Shown: positions 38,772 to 50,097, numbered from the stretch's first letter. The stretch is 64,000 bases of DNA from Gammaproteobacteria bacterium (GCA_965198875.1 CBDAPU010000001.1:1840167-1904166), one strand, 5' to 3'. Notes: generated by a model not told the origin, from the sequence alone. Program-made: numbers and translations.

Positions 38772-39664
38772 TGGTTCTCTGTGGTGCATAATGGTTCAAT
38801 GCCAAACATAGCAGAAAATGATCAATCTGTAAGTGGACATGTCAGCTGGGACAATGACAGGAGTATTTTTTGCGACACACATGAAAAACTGCTAGTTCGC
38901 CTTATCAGCACTCATGCTTTTACAGCACTCCAAGTAATTCGCTTGTGCGCTAAGATTTCTCTTCCAACTCTGGATAAGGTTTCAGCATGAGGATGAACAG
39001 GGCGCTGTTGCTGGGTCATAGGCGGAACGAGATGGATGTTGTGCTCGCAAGGCCATCATCGCAGGGCATGTATTTCTGATCATCCTTTTTCCTCTTTGCC
39101 TTTCTCCTGACGCCTGTCTGTGGTACGGGGCAATATCACCAGTCAGGTTTTATCCGTTGTGCCCGTTGAGGGGCGGAAAGAATTCTGCCCTGATCTTCAT
39201 GATCTGATCCCTTTCCCGAGTTGCTGCGCCCTTGACCATCATCACCTGACCGCTTCTACATGATGAGGGAAAGGCATTCGCCCTCCTGAGCCTTCCGCAG
39301 GGTGATGTTCTTTATCGTTGTCTTCTGTGTCCTTCTCCTGATCTCTGTCTACGACACCGGGCAATATCACCGAGCAGGCTTTCTCGCAAAGACCCTGCAG
39401 GGTGCCTGAACGGGTTTAAGGATACCCGCATTAACATCAGGGATGGGGTGAGTGGCGTCAATGTTGGAGGTGATCCTGGCCTTAACATTAAGTCGGCAGG
39501 GTTGCTTTAGGGTCAATCAATCTTGGGGCCGGGGGATCGGGATTGGCTCGATAATTTGTTGATGTCATGATACGAAATAAAGGGTTGGGTTCTTCTTGAT
39601 CCGAAGCTGAGGGTTTCCACAGCCAGGTGCCATCAGTTCTGGCGGTGCTCCCTGTACCGCTGAC

Positions 39665-41053
39665 TTAATCAGCACTTCGGTTAGGGGGTAGATGCTCGAT
39701 GCGGTTGCCAGCCAGGATCTGCGTGTACTCTTCTTCAAAGAAGAACTGCTCTTCACCAAAGGCGGGCGTTAAATCGTCCAGCCATGTGGCTTTTTCGTCG
39801 TATTTTGCAAAGAATGGCCGTTGCGTCCAGTTTTTATTACGGCCTTGCAGGAAGCGTAGCACAAATACTTTTTCACCCTTGATTTGTGTCACACCCTGTA
39901 CTTCCACTTTGCCCGGGCCGGCGCTCATGGATGGCCCCCTGGCGGTGCGCGCCAGCCCCGATACTGACTGGATCGCTTCCTGGTATATCTCCCAGGCCGC
40001 CACCAGCGGGACTTCAAAATAGCGGCGTGCGCCAGTGTCTCGTTCTACAAACATGTAGTAGGGGATCATGCCCAGTTTGACCTGTTCACGCCACATACGT
40101 GACCAGACGGCATGGTCGTCATTGATGTTGGCCAGTAGCGGGCCTTGGCAACGTATTTCAACGCCGGTATTACGGATCTGTTGAATGGCTTTTTGGGTCA
40201 TGCGTGGCGCCAGCTCCCGCCAGTGGTTCAAGTGGGCCATAAAAGAGACGTGTTTGCCCGCATTAACCAGTTTTTCCAATAACTTGAGTAATGCACCGGC
40301 GTCTTCATCGGTGACAAAACGGTGCGGCCAATAGGTGAGCGCCTTGCTGCCGATCCGCAGTGTTTGTACATGTTGCAATGCCGGATCGGTTAGTGGTTCC
40401 AGATAATACTTCAGATTGCTACTCTTCATGACCATGGGGTCGCCACCGGTGATCAACAGATCGGAGACTTCTTTGTGTTCTTTCAGATACGCATACAGGC
40501 TACCCACGTCATGGCTGGCGAAACGCCATGATTTATCGCCAACAAACTGCGCCCAACGAAAACAGAACGTGCAATAGGCATGACACACCTGGCCTTGGGA
40601 TGGAAAAAATAACACCGTCTCGCGGTATTTGTGTTGCATGCCGGCCAGTTTCTGGGCGCCCAGTTGCGGCACGTTTAATTCCATTTGTCCGGCCGGATGC
40701 GGGTTGAGTTGTTGACGGGCCTGGCCTGCCATGTGCGCTATGGTTTTTTGATCGGCGTTTGCCCGCAATAGCTCGGCTATCTGCGTGAAGGACTCAGTGC
40801 TTATCATGTCTTTTTGTGGGAAGGTGAGGATAAACATGGGATCGGTCTCGGCATTATCCCAATCGATAAGTTCATCAAGGAAATACTGGTTTACCCGAAA
40901 GGGCAGGATCTGTGCGACCACCCGGATATCGAATTTCAGTTGCTCCGGCAGGTATTGCAGATGGGGTATGTGCTCAATGTGTTTTTGTGTGTAGACCTTG
41001 AATTTAGGATTCGATACGATCTCAGGTCGTTGCACAGAGGCGGTATAATTCAA
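39665..41053 (-). CDS. KamA/lysine 2,3-aminomutase family radical SAM protein
   Basis: HKYRETVLFF, CHAYCTFCFR, LITGGDPM, PYYMFVERDTG. Confidence 0.88.
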   Translation of the reverse strand: MNYTASVQRPEIVSNPKFKVYTQKHIEHIPHLQYLPEQLKFDIRVVAQILPFRVNQYFLDELIDWDNAETDPMFILTFPQKDMISTESFTQIAELLRANADQKTIAHMAGQARQQLNPHPAGQMELNVPQLGAQKLAGMQHKYRETVLFFPSQGQVCHAYCTFCFRWAQFVGDKSWRFASHDVGSLYAYLKEHKEVSDLLITGGDPMVMKSSNLKYYLEPLTDPALQHVQTLRIGSKALTYWPHRFVTDEDAGALLKLLEKLVNAGKHVSFMAHLNHWRELAPRMTQKAIQQIRNTGVEIRCQGPLLANINDDHAVWSRMWREQVKLGMIPYYMFVERDTGARRYFEVPLVAAWEIYQEAIQSVSGLARTARGPSMSAGPGKVEVQGVTQIKGEKVFVLRFLQGRNKNWTQRPFFAKYDEKATWLDDLTPAFGEEQFFFEEEYTQILAGNRIEHLPPNRSAD

Positions 41054-41374
41054 TTATTCTCTCCCGGTAATGTGTGTGGGCAAGGTGTTATCCTTGACGG
41101 GGCGGTTGCGGGTTGTTTTTGTTATCTACTCCGGACTTGGGATCATAGCAAAAACGCCGTTTCTCTGGAACCTTTAACCTAAGAAGGTGAATAAGAAATA
41201 TACTATAATGCTATGATTTATAAATAATATTTAATTCAAACTCTGTTGAGTTTAAGAGCTGGCGGGTGTTGATAGTGATTTATGTAAATGTCGCATAAGG
41301 CAATGATATTTCACCGATTCCCATAACCACGGGTGGATCCAGGTGAGACCCGTCATATCGATCTAAATGGTGAG

Positions 41375-42007
41375 ATGATGTTCGCTTTTAAGAATAACCC
41401 AATGCCGACACCGGAACAGGCCCTGCCTGGTCGTGCTATGGCCATGCCGGTACCGGAAGCACACTTCGTTAATGGTCATTCACTGGTGGGGCCATTTCCT
41501 GAGGCCATGGAAAAAGCGCTGTTTGGTCTGGGTTGCTTTTGGGGCGCTGAACGAGCATTCTGGCAACTGGACGGTGTTTATGTCACCGCTGTGGGCTATG
41601 CGGGCGGATATACCCCCAACCCGACTTATCAGGAGGTCTGTACCGGTATGACAGGCCATAATGAGGTGGTTCTGGTTGTGTATGAGCCGGATGCGATCAG
41701 CTATGAAGCGTTGCTCAAGGTGTTTTGGGAAGCACACAACCCCACCCAGGGTATGCGTCAGGGTAATGATGCAGGGACACAATATCGCTCTGGTATTTAC
41801 GTCTTTAATGGGGCGCAAAGAGAACTGGCCGAGGCGTCATACCAGCGCTATCAGGCCGACTTGTCCGCTAACGGCTACGGCAGGATAACCACTGAATTAC
41901 TCGATGCGCCGGAGTTTTATTACGCAGAGGATTATCACCAGCAATATCTCGCCAGGAACCCCGGCGGGTACTGTGGATTGGGTGGGACGGGGGTTAGTTA
42001 CGGTTAG
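41375..42007 (+). CDS. msrA: Peptide methionine (S)-sulfoxide reductase
   Basis: [32 protein letters not shown]. Confidence 0.96.
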   Translation: MMFAFKNNPMPTPEQALPGRAMAMPVPEAHFVNGHSLVGPFPEAMEKALFGLGCFWGAERAFWQLDGVYVTAVGYAGGYTPNPTYQEVCTGMTGHNEVVLVVYEPDAISYEALLKVFWEAHNPTQGMRQGNDAGTQYRSGIYVFNGAQRELAEASYQRYQADLSANGYGRITTELLDAPEFYYAEDYHQQYLARNPGGYCGLGGTGVSYG

Positions 42008-42014
42008 GGGGAGT

Positions 42015-42530
42015 TTACAGATCAGGCACATGGCTTGCGTTTTTGCTGATCCACTCCGCCGCCGCGCGCTCCGGGTTTAACACATAAGGCCCGTCGCGAA
42101 ACTTTTTCTCTTTCAGGTAAGCCTCAATGTGGCAGAGTTGCTCCACAATCCGGGCGCGGCTGGCGTCTTCATGGCGCCCTAGCCATAGCCCAATCTCAAA
42201 ATAATCACCTTTATTTCGAACCATCACGACTTTACCGCGAAACTTTTCCATCCCATGACGCACGGGGATGGTGAGCTCCACCATCGCCCCCGGTTTTAGG
42301 TATTTGTCTGATTGAAATATCAAACCCATATCGCTTTGGGTCTCACCGGGATGGGGCATTTTTCCTGCAAACCAGAGGCGTTTGTACTTGAGGGGAAAGC
42401 CACGGGGGTGATGGATAAACCCTGTCTGGGGATCTGTAATGGGTTTGTCAGCGCCGACACCGTTATAGTGGATCCCGTCCCCATCTTGATGGTATTTCTT
42501 TTTTATCCTGTTAAGTCTTTGATGTCCCAT
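42015..42530 (-). CDS. PilZ-like domain protein
   Basis: FIHHP..FPL, FRGKVV, FEIGL, RARIVEQLCHIEAY, AAEWI. Confidence 0.65.
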   Translation of the reverse strand: MGHQRLNRIKKKYHQDGDGIHYNGVGADKPITDPQTGFIHHPRGFPLKYKRLWFAGKMPHPGETQSDMGLIFQSDKYLKPGAMVELTIPVRHGMEKFRGKVVMVRNKGDYFEIGLWLGRHEDASRARIVEQLCHIEAYLKEKKFRDGPYVLNPERAAAEWISKNASHVPDL

Positions 42531-42937
42531 TGATTATCCCCGTCCCATTTTCATAACCGTTAGGATATTTTCAGGCTGTTGTAGAAAAAATCAAGCAAAA
42601 AATGATATAAATCGGATAGTTATTTCACATATATAAAGTTAATTTTTAGCTAAATTCGCTGGAGAGATCATATAAACTGCCGATAAATAAGAAATGGCAG
42701 GGAGGGCCTGTCCAGGTGACGGTCGAGGAGTTCAGCCTTCGAGGTTCAAGGAAACATCATCACATCGGCCTTTTTAGCTAGATCAGCGGGTTATTTGCCG
42801 GGTACACAGTTGGTTATACCCAAAGTGCCATTCTCACTTGGCGCAGTAAGTCTCTGGATGGATACTGGCGCATTATCGAAAACACAGCAGGTGAGATCGG
42901 CGTTATTGTCTTGTTCGGCAACAACAGGCGGGTCTGC

Positions 42938-43420
42938 ATGAAAACGCAATTACTGGCGGGTTTGTTCATATTCATATTTATCGCGTTCGGCCTTATGTTG
43001 TTTCGGCCGGGCGGGGTGAGCGATTCGGATTCAACCTCTGATTTATCGATAACCGATGAGACTGATCGGGTTCAGCAGTACCACCAGGTTGACGAGCGGA
43101 GCGACCGTCTAGCGGAGGAGGAGAGACGTATTGAGAGAATGCGTGCTGAATATGCCAGGCTGGAGATGGTGCGTGATAGCGTAAGGAAGCAATTAGGAAA
43201 ACTAAAGGCCCGGCTCTGGGGTCTTACGTTGCCCGTTGAGCAGGCAAATGAAGTGACCGAGAGGATGCAGCAAGGCCATGCTGCTCTAAAAGATCCATTG
43301 CTGTTAGGGGCTTTCCACAGCACCGATGACATACGCAGAGAGATTGAGAAAGTAGAAAATATCAGCGCCGGGCTTTTAGAGGCGGAGTCGATCATTTTAG
43401 CGGCGCCGCCAAAGATGTGA
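42938..43420 (+). CDS. Hypothetical membrane-anchored coiled-coil protein
   Basis: N-terminal hydrophobic helix followed by coiled coil. Confidence 0.6.
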   Translation: MKTQLLAGLFIFIFIAFGLMLFRPGGVSDSDSTSDLSITDETDRVQQYHQVDERSDRLAEEERRIERMRAEYARLEMVRDSVRKQLGKLKARLWGLTLPVEQANEVTERMQQGHAALKDPLLLGAFHSTDDIRREIEKVENISAGLLEAESIILAAPPKM

Positions 43421-44345
43421 GTCGATGATGCTTCGCTCGGGCAAATCCGGCGCCATCGTCGGACGGGGAAGTGCGAAAGGCACATTTGGTCCGAATAAAT
43501 CCTGTCCAAATAAACTCAGTCCACCGGAGCTACGTCCGGGAGAGAGAAGATTAAACGGATTGCCATGCGGCACCAATATCTGGGTCGGTCGCTGCGGGGA
43601 AAAATAACGGTTATCACGCCGCCCGTACATCGCCTCAAAATACAACTCGGTATCATTGGCGTCTTGTAGATTGTAACTGCCAAGCCCAACGAAGTTTATA
43701 CGTTTTAGCTACGGGTATATATGCCCCTGCCGTGAATGAGCAGAGCGGTTAAAATTATACAAAGGTGATTGCCCATCAATATCCGGAATACCGTCCTGGT
43801 TGCCGTCAACGAAGGGGTCCGGCATGCCATCACCGTCAATATCGATACCAAGCCTGGTACTGATATCAGACCCCAACCGACTGATGGCCTCTGGTGGAAC
43901 CATGCCCGATTGAACAGCAAAGTCTAAATAACGAGGGTCAATACCACCAAAACCCGCCGATCAGCCCGGGCTGCCGATATTACTGGTGCCCGGCGTTGCC
44001 CACACAGTGCTAACAGGCAAAACCCCGTGGGAATATCCACAAAGTTAATGGCGTCTATAAGGCAAGGACTTTCCGAGGCGCCCGGAAACTCAGCGCCCAG
44101 GTTCGGCGTGATGATGTTGCCCTGTTCATCCTCAAGGCGCTGCTCATTGCACTCGTTAATGGATTCGCTCTCCTCAAAAGATAGTGGGTTTCGATGCTCG
44201 TAGTCAACGGCCGCCGTTATATTCCAGTTATCGCCGCTTTTGCCGTAAAGGGCGGATAAGCCGTACTTGCTATTTCCAGACAACCCACTTTGTTCCGGTA
44301 TGCTACCGTTGGCATGAAGCTCAGGACCGTCAATAGACGTGCAAG
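43420..44345 (-). pseudogene. TonB-dependent receptor remnants
   Basis: Fragments GKSGDNWNITAAVDYEHRNPL, LYNFNRS, YFEAMYGRR, VPHGNPFN in different frames. Confidence 0.6.
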
Positions 44346-44531
44346 GCTGTTAAACCAAGGGTAGTTAAAGACCCTGCCGGGTTCTATTTGCGGTTGGGAT
44401 ATACGGCGTGGGAGTGGTTTTATAGCCCATCAGCGGCATCGCTCGCTTGAGCGGTTTATGAAAGGCAACACGAGGCGGGCGAGATGGTGAGTGTCTAAAG
44501 CAAGATCGCAGGGTTCTCTCCCTTCATACTT

Positions 44532-45119
44532 CTAGGATGCCGGGGGCGATGGATTATCCGGCCACAGCGCACTGAGAGGGAAGCTGATGGCGTCAAAGGG
44601 GGGCAGGGAGACGGGGGCATCACCGGCCAGTGAGGCATGCAAAACCCAGTGATCCTCTTTGAGTTCAAAGGCTTCTAACGTGTGGGCGTCCGGATCAACA
44701 AACCACAGATGTGAAACCCCCTCACGGGCATAGATATCGCGTTTATCCGTCAAGTCAAGTTGACGAGTGGAAGGCGAGAGCACCTCACATACCCAGTCCG
44801 GGGCGAGTTCGAAGAAGGCCGCATTGGGCAGCGTGGGCAACCGCTCCCGCCGCCAGCCGGCAAGATCAGGAACGAGAATATCCTCCCCTAGATGTAGCTC
44901 CGGTTCATCGATAATCCACCAGCCACCCGGGCCGCCATCGCCATATCCAAAGGGCGGCGAGATTTTAGCCCCTATCCCGGAACTTGCCAAAGCATGGGGG
45001 ATAGCCGGGCGTGGGTTCATCTGCAATACCCCATAGACGACCTCCGCCACCTTGTGCGGCGGTGCATCGAGCACATCCTGATAGCTGGCTTTTCGGGGTT
45101 TATAAGCAGGGGCGGGCAT
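44532..45119 (-). CDS. Uma2 (DUF820) family endonuclease, copy 2
   Basis: EPELHL..ILVPDLAGW, APDWVCEVLSPST, K..IYAREGV.HLWFVDP. Confidence 0.9.
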   Translation of the reverse strand: MPAPAYKPRKASYQDVLDAPPHKVAEVVYGVLQMNPRPAIPHALASSGIGAKISPPFGYGDGGPGGWWIIDEPELHLGEDILVPDLAGWRRERLPTLPNAAFFELAPDWVCEVLSPSTRQLDLTDKRDIYAREGVSHLWFVDPDAHTLEAFELKEDHWVLHASLAGDAPVSLPPFDAISFPLSALWPDNPSPPAS

Positions 45120-45127
45120 CAGGGTTT

Positions 45128-45700
45128 TTATGCCGTATCCGGCCACAGCGCACTGAGAGGGAAGCTGACGGCGTCAAAGGGAGGAAGAGAAACAGGGGCA
45201 TCATCGGCCAGTGAGGCAATCAACACCCACTGTGCTTCTTTGAGTTCAAAGGCTTCTAACGTGCGGGCGTCCGGATCAACAAACCACGGGTGCGAGACCC
45301 CCTCACGGGCATAGATATCGCGTTTGTCGGTCAAGTCCATCTGCCGGGTGGAAGGTGAGAGTACTTCGCACACCCAGTCCGGGGCAAGCTCGAAGAAGGC
45401 TGCATTGGGCAGATTGGGTAACCGCTCCCGCCGCCAGCCGGCCAGGTCGGGAACGAGGATATCTTCACCCAGATGCAATTCCGGCTCATCGATAATCCAC
45501 CAGCCACCCGGGCCGCCACGACCACCATCGAAAGGGTCAAATAGCTTGCCGCCCATGCTGGAACTTGCCCTGGCATGGGGGATAGCCGGGCGTGGGGTCA
45601 TCTGCAACACGCCATAGATGACCTCCGCCACCTTATGCGGCGGGGCATCGAGCACATCCTGATAGGTGGCTTTGCGGGGTTTATAAGCAGGGGCGGGCAT
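45128..45700 (-). CDS. Uma2 (DUF820) family endonuclease, copy 1 (tandem duplicate)
   Basis: Same motifs; highly similar to copy 2 except one variable segment. Confidence 0.9.
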   Translation of the reverse strand: MPAPAYKPRKATYQDVLDAPPHKVAEVIYGVLQMTPRPAIPHARASSSMGGKLFDPFDGGRGGPGGWWIIDEPELHLGEDILVPDLAGWRRERLPNLPNAAFFELAPDWVCEVLSPSTRQMDLTDKRDIYAREGVSHPWFVDPDARTLEAFELKEAQWVLIASLADDAPVSLPPFDAVSFPLSALWPDTA

Positions 45701-45784
45701 GGGTCACAATCTTAACGATATTTAAGCGGAAAAACCAATGACCGCCGTTTAGCCGTCTTTGAGTATTATTCTTAAAATCCCCAT

Positions 45785-47080
45785 CTATTGATGGATCCCG
45801 TCAGCAACGAGCAGGGCCCGGCCTTCATCATAAGAGTTAATACGCACCGGTTTTATGTTATTGACATGTTGATTGGGAATGGCCACTGGCACCGCTACAC
45901 GCAAGTAGTTAGGTGAGTAGCCGAACTGAGCCGTTTGCCCATCAACATGGCCCGTATCATTTTCTATCAACACGGGTAATGTATGTCCTATATGCGCCCT
46001 GGCAAAATGGTGTTTCAGTTCTCGTGTCAGGTTATGCAATTCCCGGCTGCGGGATTTTTTTATTTCACTGCTGATGTGCCCCGGCAGCGTTTCAGCATAG
46101 GTGCCTTTACGGGGAGAGTACGGGAAGATGTGAATGTGTGAGAATGCCATCTGCTGGCAAAACGCCAGGGTATCGCGCCATTCCCCATCCGTCTCACCCG
46201 GGAAGCCGACAATGACGTCCGTTGTGATGTTCATCTGTGGTGCGGACCGCCTTGCTTTTTCGACTAATTTTGCAAAGTCAGCGGTTTTGCATCGTCTGGC
46301 CATACGTTTTAGCGTTGTATCGCTGCCGCTTTGCAATGGCAGGTGCAGATGGGGCATGAGTCTTGGGTTATCAAATAAACTGAAAAACCCATCATGTAAG
46401 TCCCAGGGCTCCAGCGACCCAAGTCTTATGCGCGCTATAGCCGTCTCCGCAAGTATGGTTTTCAGTAAAACGGTGAGATCGGTATTGAGATCACGTCCAT
46501 AACCGCCAATATGCACGCCGGTCAAGATCACCTCGAGAATATTTTGCCCATGCAGGGTGTTAATCTCGGTCACGATATCCTTGATGGTACGGCTTCTCTC
46601 TTCACCACGGGCCACGGTGACGATGCAGAAGGTGCATTTATGCCGACAGCCATCTTGCAGTTTCACAAAGGCACGGTTTCTACCGCGGGCGAACAGGGCA
46701 ATCTCTCCGGGCTCCGTTGCGATCGCCGGCATGGAGTGAATGGCCAGCTTCTGTTTAACGATGTCAACCAGCCGGTCTTTCTCGGCGTTATCAATGAGCA
46801 GATCAATCCCGGCTATATCGTTTTCCAAGTTCGCATCAAGGCTGGCGTAACAACCACTGACGATGAGTTTTGCTTTTGCATTTTGCCGCTGGGAGCGACG
46901 AATAAGCCGCCGTGATTTCCTCACCGCCTCCTGCGTTACCGCGCAGGTATTGATCACGATTAAATCGGCATCTTCAGGGGAGCGGACAAGTTGATGCCCA
47001 TCGGCGATAAAACCCGCTCCCCAATGCTCAAGCTCGGCTTCATTTAATCTGCAACCCAAAGAAGCCAATGCAACCCGCAT
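45785..47080 (-). CDS. mtaB: tRNA t6A methylthiotransferase
   Basis: LGCRLN..E, INTCAVT, KLQDGCRHKCTFC, HLPLQSGSD, HIFPYSPRKGT. Confidence 0.9.
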   Translation of the reverse strand: MRVALASLGCRLNEAELEHWGAGFIADGHQLVRSPEDADLIVINTCAVTQEAVRKSRRLIRRSQRQNAKAKLIVSGCYASLDANLENDIAGIDLLIDNAEKDRLVDIVKQKLAIHSMPAIATEPGEIALFARGRNRAFVKLQDGCRHKCTFCIVTVARGEERSRTIKDIVTEINTLHGQNILEVILTGVHIGGYGRDLNTDLTVLLKTILAETAIARIRLGSLEPWDLHDGFFSLFDNPRLMPHLHLPLQSGSDTTLKRMARRCKTADFAKLVEKARRSAPQMNITTDVIVGFPGETDGEWRDTLAFCQQMAFSHIHIFPYSPRKGTYAETLPGHISSEIKKSRSRELHNLTRELKHHFARAHIGHTLPVLIENDTGHVDGQTAQFGYSPNYLRVAVPVAIPNQHVNNIKPVRINSYDEGRALLVADGIHQ

Positions 47081-47210
47081 CAACTGTGGCCCGGGTGTTG
47101 CGTTAAGACTTGCAGATCCTCGCCAATACACAATGGCAGCGCCGTCAGGTTATAACCACCTTCAAGGGCAGATAAGAGGTTTCCTTTTGCGTGTTTATCC
47201 GCCATGTCCA

Positions 47211-47515
47211 TCATGCGCTCCTCATCCAGCCATAACACCCGGTTGACAGGTTCATCTGCCCCAGGGGGTCATCAATATGGGGATCAAAACCCGCCGAGAT
47301 AATAATAAACTGCGGTTTGAACGCCTGTATTTTTGGAATGATCTTTGCTAAGAAGATGTTTTCGTAATCGCCATCAGCGCTGCCCGCCGACAGGGGACAA
47401 TTCAACATTGCGCCCTTGCCAATCCCGGTTTCTGAATAGGCCCCGTAGGGGTATTGATGAGTGCTGATATACAACACCGATGGACGGGCCTTGAAGGCAT
47501 GTTGGGCGCCGACAT
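47211..47515 (-). pseudogene. Histone deacetylase/AcuC family C-terminal fragment
   Basis: VLYISTHQYP, ETG.GKG, IIISAGFD.H..DPLG; N-terminal half absent. Confidence 0.75.
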
Positions 47516-47639
47516 CTGTGTTGTGCGATAAGAATGTATCACTGAATACAAAACCGCTCGTCAATGTCATCTTTCCTGATAAGAAATGATACATTTCAGT
47601 TTATAGTGTATTTTTTATCCATCCACAAACAATGGGTCC

Positions 47640-49097
47640 ATGGCAGAGCAGAAGATGACATTATGTCCCGTTATCCTGGCAGGGGGTGAAGGCGCCCGGC
47701 TGTGGCCCTTATCACGTCGAGATTTTCCCAAGCAATTCACCCGTTTGCTTGGCGATCACGCCTTGCTACAGGAGACGTTATTGCGTTTTCAGAAAATAGC
47801 GCCCGGTGTGGATGTAGCGCCCCCGTTGATCATCTGCAATCAGGCCCACCGCTTTATTGCCCTGGAGCAGGCGAGGGAGATCAACGCCGTCATCAAGCCG
47901 ATTATTTTAGAGCCGGTTGGACGCAATACCGCCCCGGCTTTAACGGTGGCGTCACTGGCGCTGTCGGAGCAGGAAGCGGATCCGGTGTTGATCATGCTGC
48001 CGGCTGATCACCTGATTGAAGATAGGGACGGCTTTCAAAGGGCCGTTGAAGCCGGTTTTGAATTGGCGAAGCAGGGCTTTATCGTCACCTTTGGCATGCA
48101 GGCGAGTGCGGCGGAGACGGGTTACGGTTATATTCAAAAAGGCCAGGTATTGAGCGCGGCGGATGCGGTATTTAAACTGGCCGGGTTCACCGAGAAGCCG
48201 GATATCGCCTTGGCGCAGGAATATATCAGTAACGGCGGTTATCTCTACAACAGCGGGATCTTCATGATGCAGGCGTCCACCTGGATAACCGCTATCAAGT
48301 CATTACATGGGGCGATCTACGAGGCATGCGAGGCGGCGTATAAAAAGGGCCGTCTCGATGATGATTTTTTCAGGCTGGATGAGCAGGCGTTTGCTGATTG
48401 TCCGAGTGACTCCATTGATTATGCCGTGATGGAGAAGATCGCCGGCATAGAACACATTCCTGCTGTGGTTGTTTCAGCGGATGTTGGCTGGTCAGATATT
48501 GGCGACTGGAATAAGGTGTGGGAGAGAAGCGCCACAGATGAGCATAATAACGCCTGCACAGGGGATGTGGTAACGGTTGCCACCGCCAACTCGCTCATCT
48601 TCTCGGAGAGCAGACTGGTGGCCACAGTCGGGTGTGAGAGTATTGCGGTCATTGAAACGGCGGATGCGGTCATGGTGTTGAATAAAGACCGAGCCCAGGA
48701 TGTTAAAATGCTGGTGAACAGGCTGGCCGAGCAGGGCCGGGATGAGCTAGAGCAGCATCAATATGTGAGGCGCCCATGGGGCGGATATGCAACCATCGAG
48801 ACGGGCGCCGGTTATCAGGTGAAGCGGTTAAGCATCCATCCGGGCAGGCGCATATCCTTGCAGCTACATCATCAACGCTCAGAGCACTGGGTGGTGATAA
48901 AGGGCAGGGCGACTGTGACCAAAGATGACGCCGTCTTTGAACTGGGCGTCAACGGATCCACCTTTATCCCACTGGGCATGAAGCACAGGCTTGAGAACCG
49001 TGCCGCCTCGGTGTTGGAGATCATCGAGGTGCAGGTTGGGGCGTATGTGGGTGAAGATGACATCGTGCGGTTTGAAGATGATTTTGGCCGGCACTGA
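47640..49097 (+). CDS. manC: Mannose-1-phosphate guanylyltransferase/mannose-6-phosphate isomerase
   Basis: PVILAGG.G.RLWPLSR..PKQF, EPVGRNTAPA, SIDYAVME, RPWG, LQLHHQRSEHW. Confidence 0.93.
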   Translation: MAEQKMTLCPVILAGGEGARLWPLSRRDFPKQFTRLLGDHALLQETLLRFQKIAPGVDVAPPLIICNQAHRFIALEQAREINAVIKPIILEPVGRNTAPALTVASLALSEQEADPVLIMLPADHLIEDRDGFQRAVEAGFELAKQGFIVTFGMQASAAETGYGYIQKGQVLSAADAVFKLAGFTEKPDIALAQEYISNGGYLYNSGIFMMQASTWITAIKSLHGAIYEACEAAYKKGRLDDDFFRLDEQAFADCPSDSIDYAVMEKIAGIEHIPAVVVSADVGWSDIGDWNKVWERSATDEHNNACTGDVVTVATANSLIFSESRLVATVGCESIAVIETADAVMVLNKDRAQDVKMLVNRLAEQGRDELEQHQYVRRPWGGYATIETGAGYQVKRLSIHPGRRISLQLHHQRSEHWVVIKGRATVTKDDAVFELGVNGSTFIPLGMKHRLENRAASVLEIIEVQVGAYVGEDDIVRFEDDFGRH

Positions 49098-49265
49098 TTA
49101 ATAAAGAGGATAGCCCCTCGGCGGTCACTGCGTTATCATCGCTTTGGCAATGCAACCTGCGTACAGGCAGACTGCTGTGGTATATTGAATAGGGGCGGGG
49201 CATTACACGAAGGGGGGCGATTGCATGACGCCCGTGTCGCTGTATCTTAACAATAGGAAAATGAC

Positions 49266-50063
49266 ATGAAGCGAGTGTTACAGATGATCCTTGCCATCGC
49301 CCTGCTTTCAGGGTGCGCTCCTATTGCAAATGAAGCAGGCGAGGGGCATGTAACAATACTGCCCGTATCCCGGCTACACTGGGAGCCATTAAATCCAGCG
49401 CGAGGCGATAAAGGGCCACAGGCGGCCACGCTTTGGGGCGATAGAGCAGGCACGGCCGCCACGGGTTTTTTAGTCAGGTTTGTCGATGGTTTCTCATCAC
49501 CGGCGCATGTTCATAATGTCTCATACAGGGGTATTGTGATGGCTGGTTTGATTCACAATGGTGATCCAGGAGCGGTCAGTTTATGGATCCCTAAGCGCTC
49601 ATACTGGATGCAACCGGCAGGGGGGGTGCATATCACCGCCGCCAGGGGAGAGCATAATATCGCCTTTATCGAAATCGATAGCGGCCCTTATCTGGTGCTC
49701 CCGCAGAAGCGTGCGTTTGATAATGGCGAGAGGCCGTTTAATACCCATGCTGAGGACATAATCTGGGATCAGCATGGCCATGTGGAAATTGCCTCGCTCT
49801 GGAAAAACAAGACCGGCCGGGTGAGCGGGTCCATGCTCAGGTTTAGAGATCGCATTGAACTTCAAGCCGAAGCGGCGGACATCGTCCTCATTGAGGGCAG
49901 CATAAGGGTAGGCGGGCATGATCTCAATCCGGGCAGTCTCATTCGCGTAGGCCGACGGTCAAACATGGGATCAAACATCGGGATCGCCTGCGCCGGCGAG
50001 TATGAATGTGTCCTGTACGTGAGATCAGATCAGCCATTCACGGCCTTAGCGAAGGATACTTGA
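49266..50063 (+). CDS. DUF4437-like cupin lipoprotein
   Basis: Lipobox LSGC; LNPARGDKGPQAATLWGDR, GFSSP.HVHNVSYRG, GPYLV. Confidence 0.75.
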   Translation: MKRVLQMILAIALLSGCAPIANEAGEGHVTILPVSRLHWEPLNPARGDKGPQAATLWGDRAGTAATGFLVRFVDGFSSPAHVHNVSYRGIVMAGLIHNGDPGAVSLWIPKRSYWMQPAGGVHITAARGEHNIAFIEIDSGPYLVLPQKRAFDNGERPFNTHAEDIIWDQHGHVEIASLWKNKTGRVSGSMLRFRDRIELQAEAADIVLIEGSIRVGGHDLNPGSLIRVGRRSNMGSNIGIACAGEYECVLYVRSDQPFTALAKDT

Positions 50064-50097
50064 TCATCTGCCTGTGTTTACGCCGCCATGGCGGCGC

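Noticed and set aside
15701-39500. Intact integrative element or integron
   Set aside because: No tyrosine/serine recombinase, transposase, att repeat or complete attC recognised.
42679-42687. Sigma28 -10 box GCCGATAA
   Set aside because: No correctly spaced -35 TAAA element found.
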